DNA of 64,000 nucleotides from Candidatus Aenigmatarchaeota archaeon (GTDB lineage: Archaea; Aenigmatarchaeota; Aenigmatarchaeia; Aenigmatarchaeales; Aenigmatarchaeaceae), in NCBI GenBank assembly GCA_043802485.1, contig JAZDKZ010000001.1:1-64000 (forward strand), in the 5' to 3' direction. Positions within the stretch are counted from its first letter, which is position 1, and every line of letters begins with the position of its first letter. Under the pieces are notes generated by a model. That model ran no database searches. It had not been told where the DNA came from and worked only from the letters and a program-made list of their open reading frames with translations. Below, one piece after another: positions 29,621 through 38,640 of this stretch. A program made the translations under genes and the position numbers.

Positions 29621-30052
29621 ATGAAATATGCAATAGACTCAGGAACAAAGGCAAAGGCTTCGGCTACCTTGAAGATATCACACAAGGATGCTGTAAAGTT
29701 TTGTAGAGTCATAAACAGGAAAAAGTTCGCTGACGCAAAAAAGACCCTGGAAGATATTGTGAACAAGAGGGTGACCCTTAACGGCAAGACATATGACAAC
29801 ATAAACAAGGAGATGATAATGATGCTCCACCAGGTTGAAATGAACGGGAGGAAGAATGGGCTTGACGTGGATAGCATGTTCCTTTTCGTTTCAACGCACA
29901 GAGGGCCGACGATGCACAGGAACAGGAGAAGGTGGAGAAAGTTCGGTTCAAGGATGAAATCATGTCATGTTCAAATGGTATTGAGCGAAAGTAGCAGCTT
30001 CGCAAAAAGACCAGTTTTCAAGAAAAAGGAAACAGTCGAGAAGAGTGAATGA
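29621..30052 (+). CDS. rpl22: Ribosomal protein uL22 (divergent)
   Basis: Operon position between uS19 and uS3; ISHKDAVKFCRVI, CHVQMVL. Confidence 0.8.
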   Translation: MKYAIDSGTKAKASATLKISHKDAVKFCRVINRKKFADAKKTLEDIVNKRVTLNGKTYDNINKEMIMMLHQVEMNGRKNGLDVDSMFLFVSTHRGPTMHRNRRRWRKFGSRMKSCHVQMVLSESSSFAKRPVFKKKETVEKSE

Positions 30053-30053
30053 T

Positions 30054-30911
30054 ATGGCTTTGGAAAGAAAGTTCGTAAAGGAAGGCATAAGGAACAGGGA
30101 CTTGGAGGAGTTTCTGTCAAAAGAGTTTGACAGAGCCGGCTACAGCCATAGCATTATACAGAGGACACCGCTGAGCATAAGGATAACCATCTTCGCAAGA
30201 AAGCCCGGCTTGATAATAGGCAGGGGTGGAAAGAACATAGAGATGATAACAGGCGTGCTCAAGGAGAGGTTTGGATTCGAGAACCCGCAACTGGATGTCC
30301 AGGAAATTGACAATCCTGACGTTGACGCTCACATAATCGCAAAGTGGATAGCTTCCTCTATTGAAAGAGGGCTGAAATACAAGAGGGTTGCCAACATCGC
30401 ATTAGAAAGAGTCATGAACTCTGGTGCTGCCGGAGTTGCTATTAGAATATCAGGAAAGGTCGGTGGCGACATGGGAAGAACAGAAAAGTTCTCATCAGGC
30501 TACATTAACTATTCGGGCGAGCCGGCAGAGACTATGGTCGACACCGCTTATGCTCAGGCCATTGTCAAGCTGGGAATGATCGGCATTCAGGTAAGAGTAA
30601 TGAAGGAGATGCCCAATGATTTGAAGATAATCGAAAGGGTTTTCAAAGAAGCTCCTGCTGAAGAGGTTGTCGAGACAGAAGAGGAAACAGAAGCTCCAAA
30701 GGAAGGGGAAGCACCAAAAACTGAAACTCCTAAAGAGCCAAAGGCAGAACATAAACCTGAAGAAAAGAAGGAAGAACCAAAGCAGAAAAAGAAACCTGTG
30801 AAACCAAAGCCAGCGAAAAAGAAAAAAGAAGCAAAACCGAAAAAGGCAAAAAAGAAAGAGGTCGAAACGAGTGGCGATAATAAAAAAGAAACAATTAAAG
30901 GAAATGAATAA
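30054..30911 (+). CDS. rps3: Ribosomal protein uS3 with K/E/P-rich C-terminal tail
   Basis: RAGYS, KPGLIIGRGGKNI, ISGK. Confidence 0.95.
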   Translation: MALERKFVKEGIRNRDLEEFLSKEFDRAGYSHSIIQRTPLSIRITIFARKPGLIIGRGGKNIEMITGVLKERFGFENPQLDVQEIDNPDVDAHIIAKWIASSIERGLKYKRVANIALERVMNSGAAGVAIRISGKVGGDMGRTEKFSSGYINYSGEPAETMVDTAYAQAIVKLGMIGIQVRVMKEMPNDLKIIERVFKEAPAEEVVETEEETEAPKEGEAPKTETPKEPKAEHKPEEKKEEPKQKKKPVKPKPAKKKKEAKPKKAKKKEVETSGDNKKETIKGNE

Positions 30912-31080
30912 TAATGATTTGGCTTCAAGGCTGAGCGAGCTAAGGCTAGAGCTGGCCAAGGAAAGGAGCCAGATTGCTATCGGCGGAAGCGCTTCGAATC
31001 CAGGAAGAATAAAGGAAGTAAAGAAGACGATAGCAAGGATACTTACCGAGAAAAATAGGAGGGGTGAAAAAACTGTCTGA
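30871..31080 (+). CDS. rpl29: Ribosomal protein uL29
   Basis: NPGRIKEVKKTIARILT. Confidence 0.93.
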   Translation: MAIIKKKQLKEMNNNDLASRLSELRLELAKERSQIAIGGSASNPGRIKEVKKTIARILTEKNRRGEKTV

Positions 31081-31378
31081 TGTATGCTCGATATGCGGTT
31101 TGCCCAAGGAGCTTTGCATCTGCGGAATAATAGCAAAGGAAGAGGCCAAGATCAAAGTCTTCGTCGAGAGGAGAAGGTTCGGAAAAAAGGTGACGGTCGT
31201 CGAAGGCATAGAGGACAAGGCCAATCCGAAGCAGCTGACAAAGAAGCTCAAGACAAAGCTTGCGTGTGGCGGGACCTTCAAGAACAACAAGATAGAACTC
31301 AGGGGGGACCACATAAGGAAGATGAAGCAACTGTTGATCAACGCGGGCTTCCCAGAGGAAAAGATTGAAGTTGAGTGA
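31064..31378 (+). CDS. Translation initiation factor aIF1 (SUI1)
   Basis: CSICGLPKELCIC, RRFGKKVTVVEG, LKTKLACGGT. Confidence 0.93.
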   Translation: MKKLSDVCSICGLPKELCICGIIAKEEAKIKVFVERRRFGKKVTVVEGIEDKANPKQLTKKLKTKLACGGTFKNNKIELRGDHIRKMKQLLINAGFPEEKIEVE

Positions 31379-31379
31379 G

Positions 31380-31658
31380 ATGATTTCGGCGAAAAACCTG
31401 ATACGGCACGAGCTGATTGGTTTGGCTGTTGAGGTCGCTGAAAGCGCGAACAAAACTCACGTAGGGATAAAGGGCTTGGTCGTTGACGAGACAAAGAACA
31501 TGTTAGCAATCGAAACCAAGGAAGGACTGAAAAGGATACAAAAAAAGGGATCGCAATTCATATTTAAGATTCCGGACGGAAAAAAGGTAAAGGTTGACGG
31601 CAAAAGAATCATGGCAAGGCCGGAAGACAGAATAAAACTAAAGGTGAAAAAATGGTGA
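31380..31658 (+). CDS. rnp1: RNase P protein component 1 (Rpp29)
   Basis: HELIGL, GIKGLVVDETKNML, RPEDR. Confidence 0.92.
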   Translation: MISAKNLIRHELIGLAVEVAESANKTHVGIKGLVVDETKNMLAIETKEGLKRIQKKGSQFIFKIPDGKKVKVDGKRIMARPEDRIKLKVKKW

Positions 31659-31987
31659 AACAAAAAGTAAGGAACATTGGAATAGAGGCAACCGCTCCAG
31701 AGGCGTTTTGCGAAGATGCAAAATGCCCATGGCACGGCAAGCTTCCAGTAAGAGGCATAGTGCTAAAGGGTACTGTAGAGAGTTCCAAAGCCAGCAAGAC
31801 AGTCGTTGTCAGATGGGACTATCATAATTATATGCCAAAGTACGAGAGATACGAAAGGAGAAGCGGAAGGGTGGTGGCCTACAATCCGCTCTGCATCAAC
31901 GCAAAGAAAGGCGACGTTGTAAGGATTGCAGAGTGCAGGCCGTTGTCAAAGACTAAAAAGTTCGTTGTTATTGAGGTAGTAAAATGA
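31652..31987 (+). CDS. rps17: Ribosomal protein uS17
   Basis: CPWHGKLPVRG, KYERYERR, ECRPLSKTK. Confidence 0.95.
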   Translation: MVKQKVRNIGIEATAPEAFCEDAKCPWHGKLPVRGIVLKGTVESSKASKTVVVRWDYHNYMPKYERYERRSGRVVAYNPLCINAKKGDVVRIAECRPLSKTKKFVVIEVVK

Positions 31988-32382
31988 AACCAATTTCAGC
32001 CAGGGTGACCAAAGGTCTGCAGGTAGGCAGCTACATCGACTGTACTGACAACAGCGGAGCCAGTCAGCTTCAGATAATATCAGTAAAGGGCTATCATGGT
32101 GTAAAGTCAAGATCGCCTCCGTGCGGAGTCGCTAGTTGGGTCATGTGCGCTGTGAAACAGGGAGAACCAAAGCTGAAGCACGAGGTGGTTTTCGCAGTCA
32201 TCGTAAGGCAGAGGAAGGAGTACAGAAGAAAAAACGGGATGAGAGTAAAGTTCGAGGACAATGCTGCTGTACTAATAAATGAAAAAGGAGAGCCTAGGGG
32301 AACAAAGATAAAAGGACCGATAGCAAAGGAAGTTGTCGAGAGATTTTCCCTGGTAGGCAAGATAGCAAGTATGGTGTTATGA
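31984..32382 (+). CDS. rpl14: Ribosomal protein uL14
   Basis: DNSGA, FEDNAAV, IKGPIAKE. Confidence 0.95.
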   Translation: MKPISARVTKGLQVGSYIDCTDNSGASQLQIISVKGYHGVKSRSPPCGVASWVMCAVKQGEPKLKHEVVFAVIVRQRKEYRRKNGMRVKFEDNAAVLINEKGEPRGTKIKGPIAKEVVERFSLVGKIASMVL

Positions 32383-32762
32383 TGGTAACAAAAAAACCTA
32401 GCAAACAGAGAAAGGCCTTGTATCAGGCGCCTTTGCACAGGAAGCACAAGCTGCTTTCTGCGCATGTGTCAAAAGAAGCAAGGGGTGTTGTCAAAAAAAG
32501 GTCTTTGCCTGTCAGAAAAGGTGATGAGGTAAAGGTCATGAAGGGCAAGTTCAAGGGAACTGTTGGCAAGGTGTCAAGGATCAACATGAAGAGGCTGAAG
32601 GTTTACATCGAGAATGTAAAGACCAAAAAGGCTTCGGGCGAGGAAGTCGCTGTTCCCATCAGGCCTTCAAACCTGTTAATACTTAATCCTGTCATGGATG
32701 ATGGCAAGAGGATAAAGAGAAGGAGTGAAAAGAATGAAGATAAAAAGAATGTCAGCGCCTAG
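32379..32762 (+). CDS. rpl24: Ribosomal protein uL24
   Basis: KPSKQRK...APLH...VRKGDEVKVMKG. Confidence 0.94.
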   Translation: MMVTKKPSKQRKALYQAPLHRKHKLLSAHVSKEARGVVKKRSLPVRKGDEVKVMKGKFKGTVGKVSRINMKRLKVYIENVKTKKASGEEVAVPIRPSNLLILNPVMDDGKRIKRRSEKNEDKKNVSA

Positions 32763-33399
32763 ATGGTGGCCTATCAAGAGAAAGGAGAGAAAGTTTGTAA
32801 TCTCTGTTAGGGGCGCCCATCCAAAAGAGTTTTCACTGCCGCTATTGGTCTTGGTAAGGGACGTGCTGAAACTAGCAGAAACAAACAGGGAGGCAAGGAA
32901 GATAATCAAGGAAGGACAGGTGCTGGTTGACAAGAAAAAGAGAAAGGACCCAAAGTATGGCATAGGCCTCTTTGATGTAGTGGACATACCTGCCACGAAA
33001 AAATCCTGGAGAGCTGTCCCGATAAATGGTCTCAGCTTCATCGAGATACCTGAGAGCGAATCCAAGCTGAAGATATGCAAGATAGTCGACAAGAAAACTC
33101 TGAAAGGCAACAAGAACCAGTTGAACCTGAATGACGGCAGAAACCTGTTGACAGACAAAAAATATGCCACTTATGATTCGTTAGTATTGGAAATGCCAGA
33201 GCAGAAGGTTGTCGACCACCTCAAATTCGAAACAGGTTCAACAGTGGTGGTTGTCGGGGGAAGCAATGCTGGCAAGACCGCAAAGATAAAGACGATAGAG
33301 AAGGATAGGCTCTGGCTTGACAATGGAAGCGTCTTCGAGATACCAAAGGACTTGGTTGTTGTTGTCGGCAGAGAGGAGCCGCTGATAAAGATAGAGTGA
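32734..33399 (+). CDS. rps4e: Ribosomal protein eS4
   Basis: APRWWPIKRKE, SLPLLVLVRDVL, NDGRN. Confidence 0.94.
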   Translation: MKIKRMSAPRWWPIKRKERKFVISVRGAHPKEFSLPLLVLVRDVLKLAETNREARKIIKEGQVLVDKKKRKDPKYGIGLFDVVDIPATKKSWRAVPINGLSFIEIPESESKLKICKIVDKKTLKGNKNQLNLNDGRNLLTDKKYATYDSLVLEMPEQKVVDHLKFETGSTVVVVGGSNAGKTAKIKTIEKDRLWLDNGSVFEIPKDLVVVVGREEPLIKIE

Positions 33400-33404
33400 T
33401 GATT

Positions 33405-33905
33405 ATGAACGCTATGAGGAATATCAGAATTGAAAAAGTGACCATAAACATAGGCTGTGGAGAATCCGGGGAAAAACTAGACAAGGCCATAATGCTGCTT
33501 GGACAGCTGACCAGCAAAAAGATTATTTCCACAAAGACACATGGAAGAACAACTTTTGGTTCTGCCAAGGGAAGGCCGATAGGCTGTAAGGTCACGCTGA
33601 GAGGAAACGGCGCCAAAGAGTTTTTGGTAAAGGCTTTCGAGGCAGTAGAGAACAAGCTTTCGAAGAAAGTTTTCGACGCAACAGGCAACTTTTCCTTCGG
33701 CATAAAGGAGCACATTGACATTCCTGGGATGGAGTATGATCCTGAGATCGGCATCTGGGGCATGGACGTCTGCGTCACTTTGGAAAGGCCAGGATACAGC
33801 GTGAAGAGAAAGAGGCTTTCCAGAAAGGTCGGTAAGAAACATCTGATAAAGCCGGAAGAATCCTTGGAATGGGTCACAAAGAATTACAAGGTTGAGATTA
33901 TATGA
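33405..33905 (+). CDS. rpl5: Ribosomal protein uL5
   Basis: IEKVTINIG, GCKVTLRG, EHIDIPGMEYDPEIGIWG. Confidence 0.95.
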   Translation: MNAMRNIRIEKVTINIGCGESGEKLDKAIMLLGQLTSKKIISTKTHGRTTFGSAKGRPIGCKVTLRGNGAKEFLVKAFEAVENKLSKKVFDATGNFSFGIKEHIDIPGMEYDPEIGIWGMDVCVTLERPGYSVKRKRLSRKVGKKHLIKPEESLEWVTKNYKVEII

Positions 33906-34270
33906 GCAACGTAGTTTTCATTTCAATAATACTTATTGTAATCGGTATAGTTTTTGTCATACAAGAGTTTAGTATGAAGGAAGACGAGAAATATGAATTC
34001 TCGTTTACAGATAGTATAGAACCAGAGGAGCGCTTTGTGGCATGCGACAATGTTGACGATTGCTTCAAGTTCAAGGGATCAGCATGCCCAGCATATGCTG
34101 GCGGTACAGAGGTTTGTATCAACAAGAACTTTGTACAGGAATACAACTCGGTGATAGAGGAAAAGACAGGGCTGAACCTTGAGATAAAATGCCCTGGAAC
34201 AGACCTTTCAACCGACATGATATGTGAGTGCATAGACAAAAGATGCGTATTGACTGATGTGATATTATGA
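33902..34270 (+). CDS. Membrane-anchored Cys-rich protein inserted between uL5 and uS14
   Basis: N-terminal TM, CDNVDDC...C...C...CP...[12 protein letters not shown] overlaps at both ends. Confidence 0.75.
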   Translation: MSNVVFISIILIVIGIVFVIQEFSMKEDEKYEFSFTDSIEPEERFVACDNVDDCFKFKGSACPAYAGGTEVCINKNFVQEYNSVIEEKTGLNLEIKCPGTDLSTDMICECIDKRCVLTDVIL

Positions 34271-34419
34271 TAAAGAAGGAAAGAAAATTCGGCAGAGGAA
34301 GCAGGTCCTGCAGACGCTGCGGTAGGCACGGAGGCCTTATAAGAAAATACGGCTTGCTCTATTGCAGGCAGTGCTTTAGAGAAGTCGCCAAGGAGCTAGG
34401 GTTTAAAAAATATTCGTGA
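34267..34419 (+). CDS. rps14: Ribosomal protein uS14 (Zn-binding, 50 aa)
   Basis: Hand-translated [50 protein letters not shown]; too short for the ORF track. Confidence 0.96.
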   Translation: MIKKERKFGRGSRSCRRCGRHGGLIRKYGLLYCRQCFREVAKELGFKKYS

Positions 34420-34424
34420 TAATT

Positions 34425-34811
34425 ATGAAATTCGATTTACTATCAGACGTCATGTCTGCAATAAAGAACGGGGACAAGGCTGGTAAGAGCAAGACTATCA
34501 TGCCTTCATCAAAGTTGGTGAAAGAAGTCTTGCTTATTTTGCAAAAGCACAAGTACATCGGGGACTTTGAGTACATCGATGACAATTATGGAGGCAGATT
34601 CCAGATACAACTTATCGGAAAGATCAATGACTGCAATGCCATAAGGCCGAGGTACTATGCAAAGGTCGAGGACTATGAAAAGTTCGAGAAAAGATTTTTG
34701 CCAGCTGCAGGCATGGGCTTCATCATAGTCTCTACGTCAAAGGGCATGATGATACATTCTGATGCAAAGGAGAAAAACCTTGGAGGAACACTCCTTGGTT
34801 ACATATACTAG
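34425..34811 (+). CDS. rps8: Ribosomal protein uS8
   Basis: PSSKL, YIGDFEYIDD, EKRFLPA, STSKG. Confidence 0.95.
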   Translation: MKFDLLSDVMSAIKNGDKAGKSKTIMPSSKLVKEVLLILQKHKYIGDFEYIDDNYGGRFQIQLIGKINDCNAIRPRYYAKVEDYEKFEKRFLPAAGMGFIIVSTSKGMMIHSDAKEKNLGGTLLGYIY

Positions 34812-34818
34812 TGATTTT

Positions 34819-35343
34819 ATGGAAAAAGCAGTAGAGATACCAGAAAAGATAGAAGTTGAGATTGAGAACTTCAAAGCAAACGTAAAGGGACCAAAGGGTT
34901 CCATGGAAAGAGACTTTTACAGCCCTCTTTTCAAGAAGGACATCACGATTAAAAAGGAAGACAGAGTGATAATCATAGCCACGGATTCCAAGAGAAGAAA
35001 AGTAAAGGCAATGCTCGGGACGATTGAATCGCATTTGAAGAACATGTTCGAGGGCCTGACTGACGGCTATACCGTTAAATTGAAAATAGTCTACATGCAC
35101 TTTCCGTTTACGATGAAGATGGAGGGAAAGGAAATATACGTGAACAACTTTTTGGGAGAGAAAAAGCCCAGAAAGACTAATATTGTTGGCGACTGCAAGG
35201 TCGAGATAAAGGGAGACGAGGTGACTGTGACAGGCATTAACAAGGAGGACGTTGGCCAGACCTCAGCAAATCTGGAGAGAGTAACCAAAATAAGGAAAAG
35301 AGATAGGAGAGTCTTCCAGGACGGCATTTTCAGATTAAAGTGA
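34819..35343 (+). CDS. rpl6: Ribosomal protein uL6
   Basis: VKGPKG, YMHFP, NFLGEK, DRRVFQDGI. Confidence 0.95.
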   Translation: MEKAVEIPEKIEVEIENFKANVKGPKGSMERDFYSPLFKKDITIKKEDRVIIIATDSKRRKVKAMLGTIESHLKNMFEGLTDGYTVKLKIVYMHFPFTMKMEGKEIYVNNFLGEKKPRKTNIVGDCKVEIKGDEVTVTGINKEDVGQTSANLERVTKIRKRDRRVFQDGIFRLK

Positions 35344-35347
35344 TTTT

Positions 35348-35770
35348 ATGAACAAACTAAAACTCAGGACAAAGCTAAAGAGAAAAAAGCCAAAGTTCGA
35401 GAGGCCGGGCGAGAAGACGTTCAAGAGGGTAAAGCATGGGTGGAAGAACCCGCACGGCAACCAGTCAAAGCTCAGAAAGCACAAAAAGTCTAGGGGCTAT
35501 TTGCCAAGGCCTGGTTACGGCTCGCCGAAGGAAGTTAGGAACCTTCATCCTTCCGGTTTCGAGGAAGTGCTAGTGCACAATGTAAAGGAATTAGAAAAGA
35601 TAGATACAAAGAAGCAGGCATGTAGGATTGCGTCCAAAGTCGGCAAGAAGAAGGGCTTTGAGATAATGAAAAAAGCCGGAGAAATGAAGATTAAAGTTTT
35701 TAACCCTTTGAAGCAAGAAGCTAAAAATGTCGAGAAGAAAGAAACAAAGAAGGAAAAGAAAAAGGTGTGA
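35348..35770 (+). CDS. rpl32e: Ribosomal protein eL32
   Basis: KPKFER, WKNPHG, GYGSP, LHPSGFEEVLVHN. Confidence 0.94.
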   Translation: MNKLKLRTKLKRKKPKFERPGEKTFKRVKHGWKNPHGNQSKLRKHKKSRGYLPRPGYGSPKEVRNLHPSGFEEVLVHNVKELEKIDTKKQACRIASKVGKKKGFEIMKKAGEMKIKVFNPLKQEAKNVEKKETKKEKKKV

Positions 35771-35772
35771 TT

Positions 35773-35934
35773 ATGTACCTTGTCGGTAAAAAAAGATGCC
35801 CGCATTGCGGTGTAAAGGGGAACTCCTGGAAGAAAGGTCTAGATGTTCTTGTATGCCCGAGTTGCAGCGTCTTTTTCAACGAGTTCGGTATAGTGCTTCA
35901 GCCCGAAACCAGCAAAAGGAGTTTATTTTTATGA
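35773..35934 (+). CDS. CPxCG zinc-ribbon microprotein (53 aa) between eL32 and eL19
   Basis: Hand-translated MYLVGKKRCPHCGVKGNSWKKGLDVLVCPSCSVFFNEFGIVLQPETSKRSLFL; its stop overlaps the eL19 ATG. Confidence 0.75.
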   Translation: MYLVGKKRCPHCGVKGNSWKKGLDVLVCPSCSVFFNEFGIVLQPETSKRSLFL

Positions 35935-36350
35935 ACGTCCAAAAGAAGCTTGCTGCAAAGGTAATGAAATGTGGGGTTGAAAAGGTGTGGCTAGACCCGA
36001 AGAATGAGAAAGTAAAGCAGGCCATAACCAGAAGGGACATTAGGAGATTCATAAAAGAGGGAGCAATCAAAAAGCTGCCATCAAAAAAGAAAAAGAAGTT
36101 GTCCTCAACGTCCCAGCAAAAGATGGGCAGCAGAAAGGGGGCAAAGGGAGCAAGAAGGGGTAAGAAGAGCGCTTGGTTAAGGGTTATCAGGCCGCAGAGG
36201 AAGCTTATCCGAGAACTCAAAGACCAAAAGAAACTCGAACCCAATACTTACAGAAGGATTTACAGGCTTGTCAAGGGAGGCATGTTCAGAAGCAAGACAC
36301 ACTTGACAAACTATTTGAAGGATAAAAAAATGCTAAGGGGAGAAAAATGA
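35931..36350 (+). CDS. rpl19e: Ribosomal protein eL19
   Basis: QKKLAAKVMKCG, VWLDP, GSRKG, KGGMFRS; true start 35931. Confidence 0.93.
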   Translation: MNVQKKLAAKVMKCGVEKVWLDPKNEKVKQAITRRDIRRFIKEGAIKKLPSKKKKKLSSTSQQKMGSRKGAKGARRGKKSAWLRVIRPQRKLIRELKDQKKLEPNTYRRIYRLVKGGMFRSKTHLTNYLKDKKMLRGEK

Positions 36351-36838
36351 AAAGATCAAGATACCTGATGCCTTTCAAAAGGAGAAGGGAAAAGAAAACA
36401 GACTACAAGAAAAGGCTAGCCCTGCTAAAGTCAGGCAGCACCAGGCTTGTTATCAGGAAGAGCCTGTCGAACATAACCGTTCAGTTCGTCAGCTATGTGC
36501 CAGAGGGTGACAAGACGCTTGTCTGTGCCTTTTCAACCGAGCTCAAAAAGTTCGGATGGGAGAAGAACGGCAACGTTCCGGCTGCCTACCTTACAGGTCT
36601 GTTGGCAGGCAAGAAGGCAAAGGAGAAAAAAATAGAAAGCGCTGTATTGGATACTGGTTTGCAATCATCAACAAAAGGCTCGAGGATATATGCTGCACTA
36701 AAGGGCGTTTTGGATTCAGGCGTGTCTGTTCCTCATTCGGAGGAAATCCTTCCAAGCGAGGACAGGATAAAGGGACAGCACATATCAGATGATACTGTTA
36801 AAAAATTTGAGGAAGCAAAAAAGAAGATAGTTGGTTAA
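36347..36838 (+). CDS. rpl18: Ribosomal protein uL18
   Basis: RRREKKTDYKKRL, AAYLTGLL. Confidence 0.95.
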   Translation: MKRSRYLMPFKRRREKKTDYKKRLALLKSGSTRLVIRKSLSNITVQFVSYVPEGDKTLVCAFSTELKKFGWEKNGNVPAAYLTGLLAGKKAKEKKIESAVLDTGLQSSTKGSRIYAALKGVLDSGVSVPHSEEILPSEDRIKGQHISDDTVKKFEEAKKKIVG

Positions 36839-36839
36839 C

Positions 36840-37799
36840 ATGGCAGAAGAAAAAACAAAAGAAAAAGAAGAGAAACCCAAGGCAAAGTCTGAAGTAAAGA
36901 AAGAACAAAAGGCTGAGAAGAAAGCCGAACCTAAACCTGAAAAGGCAAAAGCTAAAAAGCCAGTTGAAAAGAAAGAAGAACAAAAGGTCGAAGCTCCTAA
37001 AGAAGAACCAAAGAAAGAATATGTGCCGTCGGGTAGAGGTGGTAGGGACAGGAGAGGCAGAGGAAGGAGCAGAGGTAAAAGGGAGTATGCCAAGGAAGAG
37101 GTCAACTACACTTCGTGGAAGCCAAAGACTGTGCTGGGCAAGAAGGTACTGTCAGGCGAGATAAAAGACATAAACATGGTCTTTGCAGAGGGTATGAAGA
37201 TTCTCGAGCCTGCTATTGTTGACATACTGCTTCCTGATCTGGAACAGGATGTCATATTCATTGGTGGTTCAACTGGAAAGGGCGGAGGCATAAGGAGAAC
37301 CCCGTTCAAGAGGACTTCAAGGATGCACAAGAGCGGAAGAAGGTACAGGATGTCTGTTATGGCCGTAGTCGGCAACAAGAACGGCTTTATTGGGATAGGA
37401 GTGGCAACAAGCCCTGCAGGAAAACACAGGGAAGCCATACAAAAGGCCACGAACAAGGCAAAGCTCAATATAATCCCCATAGCAAGAGGCTGCGGTTCTT
37501 GGGAATGTTTATGCGAGACAAGACACTCGATACCGTTCACAGTGGATGGCAAGAGAGGTTCTGTCATAGTAAACCTGATTCCTGCGCCAAAGGGAATCGG
37601 CCTTTGCGTTTCCAACGAAATAAAGAAGGTGATGAAACTTGCCGGCATAAGCGACATATGGTGCAAGTCCAGGGGAAACACCAAGATGAGGATAAACTTT
37701 GTAATGGCAGTCTTCAGCGCGCTCAAGAAGCTTAATACTTACAAGATAAAGCCAGAGTTCGAAAAGAACGTCGGTATGACAGTAGGAAAGGTAGAGTAA
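36840..37799 (+). CDS. rps5: Ribosomal protein uS5 with long K/E-rich N-terminal extension
   Basis: WKPKTVLG, RMHKSGR, RGCGSWEC, PAPKGIGL. Confidence 0.95.
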   Translation: MAEEKTKEKEEKPKAKSEVKKEQKAEKKAEPKPEKAKAKKPVEKKEEQKVEAPKEEPKKEYVPSGRGGRDRRGRGRSRGKREYAKEEVNYTSWKPKTVLGKKVLSGEIKDINMVFAEGMKILEPAIVDILLPDLEQDVIFIGGSTGKGGGIRRTPFKRTSRMHKSGRRYRMSVMAVVGNKNGFIGIGVATSPAGKHREAIQKATNKAKLNIIPIARGCGSWECLCETRHSIPFTVDGKRGSVIVNLIPAPKGIGLCVSNEIKKVMKLAGISDIWCKSRGNTKMRINFVMAVFSALKKLNTYKIKPEFEKNVGMTVGKVE

Positions 37800-37800
37800 A

Positions 37801-38226
37801 ATGTACGCTATAATCAGACTAAGAGGCTCGATAAATCTGAGAAATGAAGTCAAGGACACCTTCAAGATGATGAGGATGCATAGGAAGATGCATTGTGTTG
37901 TCCTGAAGGAGACTGACATAGTCAAGGGCATGCTACAGAAGGTAAAGGACTGGTCTACATGGGGAGAGATAGACGATAATGTTTTCAAGCATCTTGTCGA
38001 GAAGAGAGGCAGAAAGGTTGGTGATGTTCGACTTTCAAAGGAAGACGCTGCGAACGTAATAAATACTCTGAAAGAAAAAGGCAAGGTTCCAGAGGGAATA
38101 AAACCTGTCTTTAGATTATCACCGCCGTCCAAAGGTTTCAAAAAATCGATAAAGCAGCACTATCCCAAAGGCGAGCTTGGCTACAGGGGCAAGGAGATCA
38201 ATGCTTTGTTGAAGAGGATGATTTAG
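37801..38226 (+). CDS. rpl30: Ribosomal protein uL30
   Basis: IRLRG, TWGE, FRLSPPSKG, INALLKRM. Confidence 0.94.
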   Translation: MYAIIRLRGSINLRNEVKDTFKMMRMHRKMHCVVLKETDIVKGMLQKVKDWSTWGEIDDNVFKHLVEKRGRKVGDVRLSKEDAANVINTLKEKGKVPEGIKPVFRLSPPSKGFKKSIKQHYPKGELGYRGKEINALLKRMI

Positions 38227-38640
38227 ATGGTTGTAAGAAGAGACAGGAAAATCAGAAGGCAAAGAGCCACAAGAACGTGCGGCTACGGCAGCACCAAGAA
38301 GCACAGAGGAAAGGGCTCAAGAGGCGGAAGAGGAAAGGCAGGTCTGCACAAGCAGAAGAAGACATGGATGATTAACAACGATCCCAACCACTATGGCAAG
38401 AAGGGCTTTATCATACACACAGACGCAAGGAATGCGGTAAGGTCCATAACGCTGAGGGACTTGGACGTCCTTGCAAGGAAGATGAAGAAGACCGAACTTA
38501 ATGTTTCTGAATTGGGTTTTGACAAGGTGATTTCAAAGGGCAGTTTAACTCAGCCTTTGACGATAAAGGCAAACAAGATAACAGAAAGGGCAAAGCAGAG
38601 GATTGAGGAGTCAGGTGGAAAGGTGATCGTGGATGTTTGA
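38227..38640 (+). CDS. rpl15: Ribosomal protein uL15
   Basis: TCGYG...HRGKGSRGGRGKAG...YGKKGF. Confidence 0.94.
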   Translation: MVVRRDRKIRRQRATRTCGYGSTKKHRGKGSRGGRGKAGLHKQKKTWMINNDPNHYGKKGFIIHTDARNAVRSITLRDLDVLARKMKKTELNVSELGFDKVISKGSLTQPLTIKANKITERAKQRIEESGGKVIVDV

